64,000 nt of DNA from Schmidtea polychroa. Its lineage: Eukaryota. The notes beneath the pieces were generated by a model. It was not told the DNA's origin, made no database searches, and saw only the letters and a list, made by a program, of their open reading frames with translations. The position numbers and the translations under genes are program-made. Shown piece after piece: positions 39,574 to 53,880 of the stretch. The stretch spans positions 23,500,001 to 23,564,000 of the forward strand of contig CM097885.1 in the NCBI GenBank assembly GCA_044892525.1. Reading direction: 5' to 3'. The first letter of the stretch is position 1. Each line of letters starts with the position of its first letter.

Positions 39574-41400
39574 ACATTTATTTAAGGGTGGCTTTTAAGG
39601 ATTGTCTAAAAATTCTAAGTTGTTGCTCTTAAATAAATAAAAGTAAGCTATAAAATATATTAAACAATTAATTTAGGATTAAGATTAATAATTTTAAGAT
39701 TCCATTTAATTTATTAAAGCTTTCAATTATCTATTTTAGGATCTCATATAATTACAATTATAGCTCATTTTAAACAACAGCTCTATTAAAATAATCATGT
39801 GATCTTTTAAATCCTTTTAGGGCACAACTAATATTACCCTTAATTTAATTGTTATTTATTTAAATTAATTTAATCACATTCCACAAGTGATAAATTATAT
39901 TTGCTAATTTACCATGTATTTATTAAGTTAAATTTTATTATTTCCAGAAATATCAGTGTTATTCCTAACTGATGAAAACCTACAAAATCAAATGAAAGAT
40001 GCATCCGTTTTCATTTATGAGTATTTAATTTTTTCATTCATTACAAAAAAAACTAATTCTTTTGATAACCAAAAAAGTTTCCTTGAAAACTTTTAAATAC
40101 ATGCAAATGTTTTTTTTTATTAAAACATTTTACAGCAGATTAATAATTAATTTTCATTGAAATTATTTTCAAAACATAAAATAAAAATTTCATATTAATA
40201 ATAATAACTTTTAAATTTAATAAATTAAAGCAAATTTTTCAATTTAGAAATATTTTCAATGAGATGACATTTATTAAAAATTACTGAAAATTGTAATTTA
40301 TACACGTTTACGCCGGCGTAGATCATCGGTGGCCCGCACTAACTTGTCCCATCGGGCGGTGCGTTCCTCAAGTGGGACGTATTTGATTTTATTATCAGAC
40401 ATATATTAGACGTATTATTAGAAAATTTAACGTATATTCATCAAAAACATTTACTTTTAATTACAATTATAATTAATAACGTATTATAAATATAACTTTT
40501 GTTCAATAACATAAACTGCGCCGCAGATATAATGCAAAACCTTGGAAATCCAATGTGAAATAGAACCGGCAAGTGTTGTCTAATTCGCCTAGCCAAATAC
40601 ATTTGAAACGTGGATTTAGCTACTAAATTATTTTGATGAAAGCATAATTAGTTAAAAGAAATTCATAATTTTTGAAGAATATCTTTACATTTTCTATGGG
40701 ATTCAAGAGGATTTAATCAACTGAATTTATATATTAAAGAAGTGTATATGATCTCTATTGATGGAATTTCAGAAATCTTTAGGAAAATTAGGGGATATAG
40801 TCGATTGGAATTTGATGTTTAAAGGGACAGTATTATGGTCATTTTTGTGAGGGATTTCACCGGTTGGATATTAAAGTGAGAATATATGTTTTCTAAAGGG
40901 GATTTAGTTAATTGAATATCTATGTTTAAAAGGGTTAGTGACCAATTCTATGATAATTTACTTGATTGTATATGTGTTATAGTAAATTATTTATGATATA
41001 TAGATAATAGGAATTAGTATCAAAGTTAAAGTGGGTAGAACTGAAAGATATGGCTATAAAGATATGAATATAAAGAAATGAATGTTAGTATTAGAGAGTG
41101 AATATATGATCTTTTATGGGTAGATCGTTAAAATAGCAATGTTTAAAGATGAAATTATAATATTTTAACGAAATTTGATGTTTTTAGATCATTTTAGAGG
41201 AGAATCTATCATTCACTTGGATATTGATAACAAATGGTAAAATATTGTCATTAAAATGAATTCACAGGATTATTTGACGATTTAATGTAATAATTAGATG
41301 GCTTATATCGGTCTTCTTATAATAATAATAATTAATCAAAGAAAGAAGGCAAAGTTTTAATAATTGGAAATCGACAACTAAGCATATTAAAATATAACAT

Positions 41401-41440
41401 TGCTATATATTTAGACGGTTTAACAGTCTTCTTCAGGATA
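41401..41440 (-). ncRNA. Degenerate minimal hammerhead ribozyme 3' of the Penelope fragment
   Basis: Minus strand reads CTGAAGA-A-GACTG-TTAAA-CCGTC-TAAA-TATATA. G12 is mutated and stem II has one mismatch. Confidence 0.55.
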
Positions 41441-41739
41441 GAAATCATATTAATAACAACTAACAAATAATAATCGAAATCAAATTGTATCAAACTAAAA
41501 AATATTTAAATAAAATTTTTCTTCTTTTTGAAAATAAAAAAACTTTTTTAATTATATAAAAATTATTTTAATTTTTCAAAAAACGCACAAAATTGTTAAC
41601 ATTCTCACACGAAATTTTTTTTAAATTAATATAAAAAATAAATTTAATTTAAATGTAAAAATTAAAAATTGTTTTCATACAACAAATTTAACAAAAAATT
41701 CCAAATAATAAATATAAAAGTTAAATTATTTAAATACAT

Positions 41740-42485
41740 TCAAAATCCCTGTAGACTAAGAATTTTGAATATTAATTATAGGATTTAAAAATCTAATTAA
41801 CCACGCCTCGCACGCTACTCGTTCCCAGTAATTACTCAAGCTCTTCGACAAGATCTTAAAATCAGAAATTATATTTTTACTGGTACGCTTCCTAAAATGA
41901 TCACTAATGTGGGTCAATCCATTCCGTCGGCAATGCTCAAGAACTCGAAAGTGAGGTGACGGGCAGTCTCTCCAATGTATGTTGCATTACACCCATTACA
42001 TAAAAATTGATACACGAGTTCTGAGCATAGACTTACTGGAGTTGAAGATTTATTAGTGAACATGCTACCAACCTTGCAAGACGTTGAAACAATTCTAATA
42101 TGTTTATCTATATGTTTAAGTGTCTTATGCATGAATTCTCTGAAGCCTCCAGAATAAGGTAATACCAACATGTATTTTTTATCTGTATGCTTAAATCGAA
42201 TTTTTTACCTTCCAAACTTGAAAACATATTGACTTCAACATCAATGGGATAATTATCTTAAGATAAACTTGTGCAAGGATCATGAGTATTCAACATCCAT
42301 TTATCAACGATATCTTTTGTCATCCACTTAAGAAAAGATTTAGAATATCCATTTTTAAGAAGCAACACAGCGAGAGAATCAATACTTTTCACTGAATTGC
42401 TAAACTTAGATGATAAAGACAATGCACAAACAACTAATCTTGTCACCATGGTTCGCTTGTATTTATATTCACAAAAGCTCTTAGG
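41740..42485 (-). pseudogene. Penelope-like retroelement 3' fragment (RT thumb/linker plus GIY-YIG endonuclease)
   Basis: LLKNGYSKSF, VLPY, LVYQFLCNGCNATYIGETARHL, and downstream ERVACEAWLIRFLNPIINIQ, with frameshifts. Confidence 0.88.
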
Positions 42486-43252
42486 AGTAGTAGAAAGATC
42501 ATTATCATTTGCTTTTCAGAATAAGCAAATCCAAAAACACAACATGAGGAAAAAGACCATCAGACTGAAAGATACAGAAAAGCGACTGATACTGGTCTTT
42601 ATATAACTCGAAATTAATTTTATACAAATTAATAAATTTTTGTGAATAATAATAATAGTAATAATTCAACCAACAACCAACAATCAAATACCAATAACCA
42701 GGTACTAACCACTAAGTACTTGCAAACAAATACCAAATACCATATATTTACGACCAGGTACTAACAACCGTCCAAATGCAGATATTACCAATTGCAGCAG
42801 TACAATATCAAACTATGTTCAAAATCTAGTGTTGGAGCATGGTATGTTTAATTATGAGCCTAGACGGTCGGTGGCCTCGTCCATCAAAACATAACGCTCA
42901 CTAAACACTATTTTGATATATACTAAAACCTTTCAATTTTAAGAGTTATCCTATGTGTTATGAAGGTACGATTTGAATTTAATCAATGACAAAGTAAAAT
43001 ATCTTTAGATCAAATAAATAAATAGATAACTATATATCACTGGGGTATCTCAAAAGTAAAATAATTAAGGTAAAATAAAATGGTTATCTATTGGGGATAA
43101 TAAAGATTTGAAAAAGACTGATATATTCATCACATCAGTTAGGGACGCTATTGGTGGCAAAAGATGACATAAAATCACGAAAAACTCATTTGTCTATGAC
43201 CAAATACAAGTTTCAATCACATTAAATGATTTGTTATTATTTACCATTGAAA

Positions 43253-43290
43253 ATAATAATAATAATATTAATAACAACAACAACAACAAC

Positions 43291-43370
<80 letters not shown>

Positions 43371-43384
43371 TAATAATAATAATA

Positions 43385-43459
<75 letters not shown>
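43253..43459. repeat. (AAT)n followed directly by its complement (ATT)n
   Basis: Strand switch near 43386. Confidence 0.97.
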
Positions 43460-44269
43460 AGAATTTCTTTTGATTTTCACCTCAGATTTTTTGTCTTTTT
43501 CTTTTGACAATATATTTATTAAAATATTGACTATAAATCATTAAAGATATCGATGTTTTTTTGATATTCACGAAATTTTGGTACAAACTTTTTCAAGTGA
43601 TTTTGATCATTATCAGTTGATTTTAGACAAAATAGGGAAAAAATAAATTTATTGTCAATTTTTTAATAAATACAATGTCAATAATAATTTTGGTACATAA
43701 TGTTTGTATTAACTCATGAAATTTAATATTGTTTTGTCGGAAATTATTTTTTCAACGTTCCCATTAATAATATTAAATTTCTTTAACATTCATAGCAAGG
43801 TACATCTGTCAAATTCTAGTGGCGCCTTTTATTTAAGTTTGAAGGCTTTTATGCAAAATCAATGAAATCATGAAGAGAGTTTTTATTTTTTTATCGCAAT
43901 AATAAAAATGCGTTTCTTAAACTTAAATATAGTTTGATTTATTTGCATATACTCAATTTTCTTCTTCGTTAATTCTTTGAAATTAAATGTTTTCTATATT
44001 AGAAGTCATCAAAATGAACATATATTTGTTATTTGGAAATATTTCCGAAAAATTATTCTCATACTATGAAAATGAAATAATTTTTTATTAGTAATTAAAT
44101 AAATCTTGAAAATCCAATCAAAATCTGCAGCATGGTAATGGCGTGACGAGAACACGAATACGTAGAAGAATGGATGCGTGTATAACTTTTCAATTATCCT
44201 TCCATTATTAGAAAAAAGAGCAAGGCAACATATAAAATGAAGAACAAATTAAATCTACAATCTATAAAT

Positions 44270-44456
<187 letters not shown>

Positions 44457-44505
44457 TTAACAGTCACTAAATAATGTGATCGATTAATATATAAGTAAAA
44501 ACGCC

Positions 44506-44511
<6 letters not shown>

Positions 44512-44565
<54 letters not shown>
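44512..44565. repeat. (TA)n microsatellite
   Basis: Pure run directly 3' (minus-strand sense) of the hammerhead motif. Confidence 0.98.
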
Positions 44566-44569
<4 letters not shown>

Positions 44570-44610
44570 CTACTATATATTTCGACAGACTTACTGTCAT
44601 CATCAGGTAG
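44570..44610 (-). ncRNA. Minimal type I hammerhead ribozyme, intact core
   Basis: Minus strand reads CUAC-CUGAUGA-U-GACAG-UAAGU-CUGUC-GAAA-UAUAUA-GUAG. Stem I is CUAC/GUAG, stem II is GACAG/CUGUC, and the stem III region is palindromic AUAUAU with an AUA cleavage triplet. Confidence 0.85.
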
Positions 44611-44697
44611 AATTGAAATTCAAAATATATCAATCTAAATTGCTATTTTTCAAACAATCTAACTAATTAATTTTTTAAAATTCTATTTTGCTAAAAA

Positions 44698-44753
<56 letters not shown>

Positions 44754-45960
44754 CATCATTATTTTACTGCTGGCTTTTAATAATGCATTATATCCAAGGT
44801 TTTGCTTTAATTAAGTTATCAAAATCCTTTGTAGGGTGGACCGTGAACGTACGTCTGTCCTTTAAAGATCTAACCTAATATTTCTATGATGTACATAACA
44901 GTTTAAAACAACTAATAATTTTGTACATGAATTATACTTATTGCTACCAACAGAATGTAAAATTCTCGGCTCAGCGAGGTTCAACTAGGATAATTTATAC
45001 TTGTAATTGGTTTCTTTTATAAAATATTCAAGTTTGACCGGCAGTATTACCGGGAGGCAACCTCATTCAATCTTGAACAATTATTAAGATCGCTTATGAA
45101 TGAAGTTGACATGCACTAGTTTGATCACTATGATGGTCACTATGGAAAGTCAAAATAGATATGACAGTTTAATTTGATTTACCAAATAAAGGTTCCTAAA
45201 ACTAATAGAAATTTATTTTGTACATTCACATTTTTATCAATATATGACTCAAGACAATTTCTTGAACAACTTTACTTGAACAAGTCTCATATTTTTCTGT
45301 TATCAATGATTAAGATTATTTTTTGAACAAAAACATTTTTATATTAACTTTTAAACAATTTACAAAATTTAAATCAAGAATAAATAAGTCAGATGATGAT
45401 AGAAAAATAAGAATATTTTGCCAAGAAAGCAACAAGGTGAAATGACACTCTGAATGCCGACCTAAACCTACGAGGCCTAACAATAAATCCAATAAGCCTC
45501 AATTCATTCAATTACATATGTTTATGTATTTTCCCCACTCCGACTTCATAGATTCAAACATTTTAGGTAAAGGTTTTCTTGAACCAAACTGATATAATTG
45601 CCTCCGAAGGCACAGAAAAAAGTTATGTGATTGCCAACTATTTGCATTGCAATGAAATAAAAATTTTTCCTGATATAAATTATAGCGATATAAATAAAAA
45701 TATCTCAAAACTAATTACAACTTTATAGTAATGTCAGAAAAAAAACGATTTGATTTTCCAAATAAATTCTAAATTTCATCCAGCCACTTGAGATATAAAT
45801 TCTCATCACTAAAAGCTTATTAAATTTCTGCTCTTGAGTAAAGTGATTTTTCGATATACCTTTCGACCTCCAGAACTTTAAATCAATTGAAGAAAATTTT
45901 CATTTTCAATTAATTCAATTTATTTTCCCCCTGATTCAAATTATTTTTCAAAAAATACAC

Positions 45961-46259
<299 letters not shown>

Positions 46260-46837
46260 TGTAATAAAAGTGATATTTATACTAATATTAATGCAAATAT
46301 AAAAGTATATTAAAGGCAAAATAATTATGATAATTATGCTAATATAAATTTCAACTGCCCACAGTGAATTTCTGATCTCTTTCAATTCTTTCTGTCACTA
46401 ATAATTTAATATTTAAATGAATTTTGTTAGTAAGCTTTTTGTAGCTATTTAAAATTTTTTATCTCCCATATATATATAAACGGAATGTCGTTTTTAACAA
46501 ATTTGATAATAGGCTAAATTATTAAGAATATCCTTAAAATTTTACTTTGGCTCGAAGATAAAATTGACTGCTATTCTCCATAAAAAATAAAAATACAATG
46601 CAAATTAATCTGGAATTAAAAATCTACATAATAGGTATCATAAATTAATTAAAAATTAATTAAAAAGTAATTAATTAAATTGTAATTAAAAATATAAAAG
46701 CAAAGCAAAATAATTTAAAATTGAAAATCAGGTACATGTATAAAAATAACATAATTAATTATTAGATCTGTAAAAAATTCTTTGTCAAAATAATAAATTT
46801 CGAATAAGCAATTTAAAATCTGTATGTTTATGTTTTT

Positions 46838-46875
46838 ATCCGATGATAAGAGTGAACCTGTCGAAATATAATATG
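46838..46875 (+). ncRNA. Degenerate hammerhead remnant of the same family
   Basis: CCGATGA-T-AAGAG-TGAAC-CTGTC-GAAA-TATA has the same spacing as the 44570 and 56103 copies, but the core U and stem II are mutated. Confidence 0.45.
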
Positions 46876-47897
46876 AATGATGCTCGAGTGACATAAAAAA
46901 TAAGTTTCTTTAATTAAATTTGTATTTTGTTTAAATAGCGTACATTCATTAATGAGAGATTAAATAGTATTAATATAATTATTTCCCGCCTTATAAGGAA
47001 AATTGTAGAAATGAAGATTTCATAATAGGGATTGAAACAGGCAATAAGTATATAATTAAACATATATAATTAAATAATTTGTGTCTGATAACTCATTACA
47101 TATTATTAAAATCTCTTTTAAACAAACTATAAATTTTATAAAAAATACGAGAAAAGATTTTTAAAACAAAATTTAAGTAGCAGTTTCTGTAGAAATGTAT
47201 TAAAAATACTCCAGTCAAATATAGACAATTTTAATTTTATATTTTACTAAATTATAAATTTTATCAATGAAAATTGTTATATAATTGTTTTTATATTATG
47301 ATTAAATTATTTTGACACAGTTTTAAAGGGGAATTATAAATGATGCTTATTAGCATATCTGAAATTGTGGACTTTTCAATGAAAACTGGAGCTCGGAAAT
47401 TAATATTAAAATACAGAGGGCGGCAGTCATGATTGCAACTCCTGGAAATACTAATATTAAATTTTTATTATTTTCCAGATTCATTGTCATAAATTTATCA
47501 TTAGTTATTGAAATTTTTGATATTAAATTCGTGTTACTTTCCTTGGCAAAGAGATTATTTTCGGAAGCTGTTTGCAAGGGAAAAAATAGCAAAAAGAAGC
47601 CTATTACTCTAATCCTATTAACCGGATCATTGATAAATTTTGTTGAGAATCCCAAAGAAAATCATTTATTAGATTGTTTTTTTTAAATTCATAATAAATT
47701 CGTATTTTTGCTTAATTTAATTGAAGAAATAAAATCGTCTAATTAAATAATTTTGTTTTTAAGAATAAAGCTTTATATATTATAAGAACTTTTTTCAAAT
47801 TTCACCGCTTTTTCTTTTCCATTGTATTTATTAAAAAGTAAATATATCGATGTTTTTGATGTATTTACTGATTCATAGTCTTCAAGCTTTTTAATAA

Positions 47898-48085
<188 letters not shown>

Positions 48086-49399
48086 TTTGAATTATTATAT
48101 GATTTCTTAAATTTTAAATTAAATAAACAACTTTTTAGACTACTATATTTAAAAATTGTATTAAAAGATTTAACAAAATATTATAAATTACTTAACTAGC
48201 TCATTTTTAATAGTAATAGAAAGATTTCTATCATTTGTTGTCCCGAAATATCAGAAAATATTTTGTCGCTTCTTTCCACTCGTCAGTTTTGATGGGCCTA
48301 CCTCTTAGTACATATGTATAAAAATATAACAAACATTCTTTCATTTGTAACCTTACATTCTTAAGAAAGGAAAGTTTTGTGACATTGTTATATTTGCATT
48401 TTAACATAAATTATTCTACGGTATTGAAATGAAGTTCTCATACATTAACAGCGTTTGTTTAAATATGTAAAAATTAGTAGCAAATACGGGAAAATTGTAC
48501 ATGAACATTGAAACTGAAAAATGTAAAATTTAGTTTGCTTAACAAATTCACATCATTTTTTGTTCTTGTATTCAATTTTGTATAATTAGCTAAATTTTCT
48601 ATGTTATATTAATTAGTGTTTTTATCATTTTCTATTAAATTTCTTTTCACGAATTCTTTATTTTTCATTATATTGGAAATGTTTGCAAAAATTTGGTATA
48701 TTATATTGAATTTCAACATTGTATATATTACATAAAATATACATATAAAACTTTACAAAAATAATCACTTTCCAGTAAAATATAATTATATAAAACCTGA
48801 GTGGGCCTCTTCAATTTTAAATGTCATCAAAAAAGTTCTAGTTCTAATTTGAAGTTTTCCAGGAACAATTGTTATATAGGATAAATGGCGCGCGTAAAAT
48901 ATAATAACAGAATATCCTGGATTGACACACCAAACAATAAAGTTTTCTTGCTTGACCGTCCTTTAGTATTATCTCCTAATAATAATATTAATAATAATAA
49001 ATAAAATAAAACTTTTTTACTTTCTTCTCTCCTTGAAATCTTCTTGTTATCATGAGCAGCAGCATCGATATTGGTTGTGGTAATATTATTCTTAATGAAA
49101 ATAATGAATTACAAGTAAAATGAAGAAAGTGATATATTATCAATGATATTATCATTTTATCATTTTATATTATCATTTTTTACGTTGCAATATTTTAAAA
49201 TAATGAGTTTAGTATTTAATATGAGATGTTCAAATATATGTGTATATGCAAATATATCAAGTATACAGTTTTGTTTTAATTTTCTTTCTTTTATCTTCAA
49301 ATTAATTAATTTATTCATTAGTAAATCCTCAATTTTCTAAATTATTCTTTGAGTAGTAATTTGATATCCACAAATTAATATCTTTTCAAATATCCAATT

Positions 49400-51600
49400 A
49401 TTAACTAATTGATAACATTCATAACTTTAAGTAAACTTATATTTTTTCACCTCGAATTAAACAGCCTTCATAATACTTCATGTAAATAACTTAGAAAATA
49501 CAATAAAGACATTGCAGTATATATACAGGTTTAACAAATACGTAGATAATATTTACTAACATAAAATTATATTAATTAAGATTTCAAAGTTTATTATATA
49601 ATAATGTCTTTAAAAGACATGGAGGTTTGATTTTATATTTATTGTATGAATTAACCATTTAAATTAAGGTTACAGAATTATGCTTTCAATGGGACCAGAC
49701 CTTTTCAATAAATGATGGACTATTGACATCAACGTTTGATCATATGTTTCTAACCAAATTAGATAAACCATTTAAACATGTCTCTTCTTAACATGAGTAT
49801 TTTTTTAATTTTGGGAAGTTTTGATTTGGGGAATTTTGTGGAAATTAATTGTGGGAATTTTTAAAGTTTGGGAAATTTTATTTTAATTTTGGCATGGTTT
49901 GCATTTACATGTAATAAATAATTTTTATATTAAATTTGTCTGTGTTTTTATTTTATTAAGGATGCTATTCACTGTCTTGACTGTGTGTTAATTTTACAAA
50001 TTTTTTCTACAATATTAGAGTGGTCTTAGTTTCATAATATATGAAAATGATATATTATGGCGTAACCTAGATTTAGTTTTGAAACTTTAGAGCTCATTTC
50101 CATTGCAACCATGCATTTTTTGTCAAATGGGACATAGTTTAGAATGGTTTACTGTAGGTCAAGCTCAAGATCAAACATCATATCTCAAACATCGCTTTAT
50201 GCAGCTTCGGTTTACACAAATTGACTGGGATCTCATCTTTCAATTAAATCGAGGATTGAGTGTATACATAATATCCAGGAAGTACATAATATCTATAGGA
50301 AGCTCATTTAATAAAATCTGTATTGTAAATATAAAAATACACAATAAATGCATATCTTATTAAAACAAACAAAGATTTGAAACAACAAAAACATGACAAT
50401 ATACATTATTCAACGAATCCCTAGTAAGATGGGAGTTGAATACTTCCCAAACGTATGGGATTCTAACTGCTGCGTTCATTGATAATTTGGCTCATATCTA
50501 CAAATTTAATGAACAATGTATTTTCTGATTATTTTTACCCATTCTTATTTTCAAAACAATAGAGGAATAAACAATGCCATGGGGCTTTGGTAGAGAACAA
50601 TTGGTATAATGTTCTACAATTTCTACATTTTACTTTTAGAATATTCTAGATGAAATCTTTGTTTGAAAGATTATTTTAAGGAAAGGATTAGGAAACTATT
50701 AATGTTAATAAAGCATTTAGCAATAGATTAGGTGACTGCTTTCCTGACAGTAACATATGAGAGTGAAAATCTTTTTGGGGGATACAAAAAATGATAAAAC
50801 AAAACATTAAACCCTCTTTTCAATCATTTAAACAACAACCAATTTATATTAACTCTTATCAATTGTTTTTATGTCACACTAAAAAGAAGCGCTTTAATTG
50901 TGAAGAGACATCCCTATAGAACTGTAAGTAAGTACGTAAAGCACACTAGAGATAAAAAGTTAATGGGACATAATTCCCAATTCTTGCAATAGTTTTATTT
51001 CTTTCCTAATCATTCTTCAAATGTTAACTATATTTTATTTTTATGTGAAAATTTTAAAATAAAGTTCATGAAGCCGCCCAAAGAAAGAGAGATAAATAAA
51101 ATAAATTGTTGATTTCAAAGATTTCTCCACCACCGTATTTTCAATTCAAATAACAAAGCAACCTTGCAAGATCATGAACTTTATCACCAAAAACGAATCA
51201 TGCTTTCAAGGTTTCTAGTACCTATTACACCCATGGTTACAATTATATTGCCATTTGGCTAGGTCCTAACCTTATCCAAATGAAAATTATTTTATGTTAA
51301 ACGAATACGATGCCCTTATGTATTTTTGTTATTTTCTTTCTAATATTCTTGTTGGAAATTTACGTTATAACGGTTTGATTTATGGGTGTACTCAGTTCTC
51401 ACGTAATGTTTGGCATTCAATGTATCAAGATAAAGAAAATTGATCTGGGAAATTTTCCAAAATTAAATCTAACTCAGAGAAATCTACGAATGCGGAAATC
51501 AGTATAAAGCATAATCCCAACATCGGTGAGAAATATATTTTCCAGAAATAAACTGAAATTGTGGGGAAAATATCATTAGGATATTACAGAAAATAACCCG
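49400..51600 (-). pseudogene. Possible highly decayed CACTA/EnSpm-type transposase
   Basis: Only short motif-like remnants on the minus strand (QYNCNHGCNR near 51230, PM/HCLFL near 50570, RLGSIQLPS near 50440), with many stops. Confidence 0.25.
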
Positions 51601-52509
51601 TTTATTGTTTATAGTAAATTCTTGACAGGCATAAAATTAAATCACCTATAAAAATCATATTTTACTGCGCGATTTTCTGCCGGTTTACCGAAAAAATTAT
51701 AATCGGCCGGTCGCACGCCGAATTAAGAAATGGAAATCCTAGAAAGAGGAATCATTTATTATTTTCTCTCGAATCTATAAAGCTCTACTAGAAACACTTA
51801 AATTCAAAATAAATTTTATTATTTCCCACAATAATTGGAGACTTTTAAAAAAATTAAAATATATTTCCAGGAAATTCAAAATTAATAAAATTAAATTTGC
51901 CACATTTGATTTTTCAAATAGGGATAATTTGTTCCACATTTTGATTACTGATTGTTTTCTAACTTTACATTTACTACTGTTCACTAATGTACAATTTGTT
52001 TGAAACATATTGAAAATGCTATACTTTTGGTATACATTTACCTCTATAATAGGGTTGCTAGATTTTTACCACACCGAATCGGAGCATAAATAAACAACTA
52101 CAAATCTTATAATAAAATTGAAAAAACATGAACATTTATTATAAAAAAAATTGACAATTCTTTTAGGTTGAAATATCAACCTCATCTCGGTTGAAATTCA
52201 ACAATGTAAAACCAACGATCAAAAAAAGTAAAATTGTAAAAGAAAAGATCAAAAAATGAAACGCTTATTACACATTCAAACACTTTAAACCGGGACATTT
52301 GGTAACACTATTTATAATAAAATTTAGCATTACATCATAACATTTACAACTTAGTTTAAAGTAACGATAAAATTATTTAATCATTATTTAATATAGACAT
52401 AATGTTAACTAATGTAATGTTAGTTAATGTAAATAAGTTTGTTTAAATACTTTGAATATCACCAAAACCAGAATATTTAAATTAGTGAATAAAATAATGT
52501 TATTTACTT

Positions 52510-52909
52510 CAGAGCTCCGCAACCTTTTCTCACCCGCGGCACACCTAAAGACTTAAAAAAATTTCGCGGCACACCACAAACAGAAATTTTTAAAAATTTA
52601 CGTGATAAGAAATGCACAAACAGAAAATGTATTTTAAATTTATTGTTCTTAAAAATAAATTTCTCTAAAATTTCTTGTATTTATTGTTCAGGCTGGTAAA
52701 ACTTGGTAGCACAATATAAGACAATAAATTTAAATGTGAACAACCTGAAATGTAATTTTTTTAAACCATGTTTATTGACCGAATATTTTGTCAACAACGC
52801 AATTATTTGTAAACAAGATAGATATAAGCATAACGCACGTGTCCGTCATAAACCCTATATTTTTTCTCGGTTAGGCATTGCGCCGCGGCACACCGGTTTC
52901 GGAGCTCTG
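52510..52909. mobile_element. hAT (Charlie-type) MITE
   Basis: TIR CAGAGCTCCGCAACC / GGTTTCGGAGCTCTG, perfect 8-bp TSD ATTTACTT, and three CGCGGCACACC subterminal repeats. Confidence 0.93.
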
Positions 52910-53329
52910 ATTTACTTGTTAATTAATTCTGGTTCGTTTATATTATATATATTTGAACTAGATATAATATAACTCAGGTTCCCAACCTATGGAGTAATTT
53001 AATATTAATACTATAAAATTAAAATAAGTGTCGATTAGTAAACTTACAGACTCACAGATGTCGCATTTTACAAGATGCACCGAGGTCTGAGCCGATCCCA
53101 CCATGCAACGCAGGCTAATCAACAAGGCAATCAGTATTGGTTTGAAAAAAACAAATTTTTATTTACTTTGATATTATCTCAGATATGAAATAGCTAAAAT
53201 ACTACAAATTTCAAACTTAAAACTTCTACAGTACTAAGTACTCACTATCTCTTAACTCTGGTCATTACAAGTCCATTCAGTATTGGTTTGTTGTTTAGAA
53301 AATTCGGTTGCTGTGTACGTTTGCGGTTG

Positions 53330-53880
53330 AGAATTGAAGTGGAAATATGTCTCTGAAGTTTGTATAGATGGTGCACCATCAATGCTTGGGTCAAAATCGG
53401 GTTTTCAGAAAAAAGTGAAAGAACTAGCTCCCTAAGCAAGGGGAATCCACTGTATGATTCACCGGTATGCCCTTACCAGCAAGACTCTCAACTCGACTAC
53501 AAGAGGTCCGTGATTCGCTGATTTAAAAGAGGAGATTTAAAATTTAAAATTTTTAAAATTAAAAATTTAAAAGAGGAGATTATCGGGCATCTCGAATCCC
53601 TCGAAAACGAACTCCAGCGTTACTTCCATCAGCTGAAAGAAAAAGAAACCACACTGACATGAAATCCATCCTCTGCTTCCCTTGATGTGTCCAGCATTCC
53701 TGATGAATTACAAAATACATTCTTAGATTTGCGGAATGATTCCTCGGCATAACAACTTGTTTAGTGAAAAATCGCTCACACAATTCTGGTGTGTTATGTA
53801 TCATTCATACCCAAATGTGGCAATACTTGCCTTTCGACTTTCAGTTCCATTTGTTTCTACTTATCTCTGCGAAAGTGGAT
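53330..53880 (+). pseudogene. hAT Buster/Charlie transposase fragments
   Basis: CIDGAPSMLGSKSGF..GIHCMIHRYALTSKTL; HLESLENELQRYF; SLTQFWCVMYHSYPNVA..PFVSTYLCESGF. Confidence 0.85.

Noticed and set aside
44830..45482. TGTAGGG...CCTAACA segment as a solo LTR
   Set aside because: No TSD, PBS or PPT; termini are only loosely complementary.
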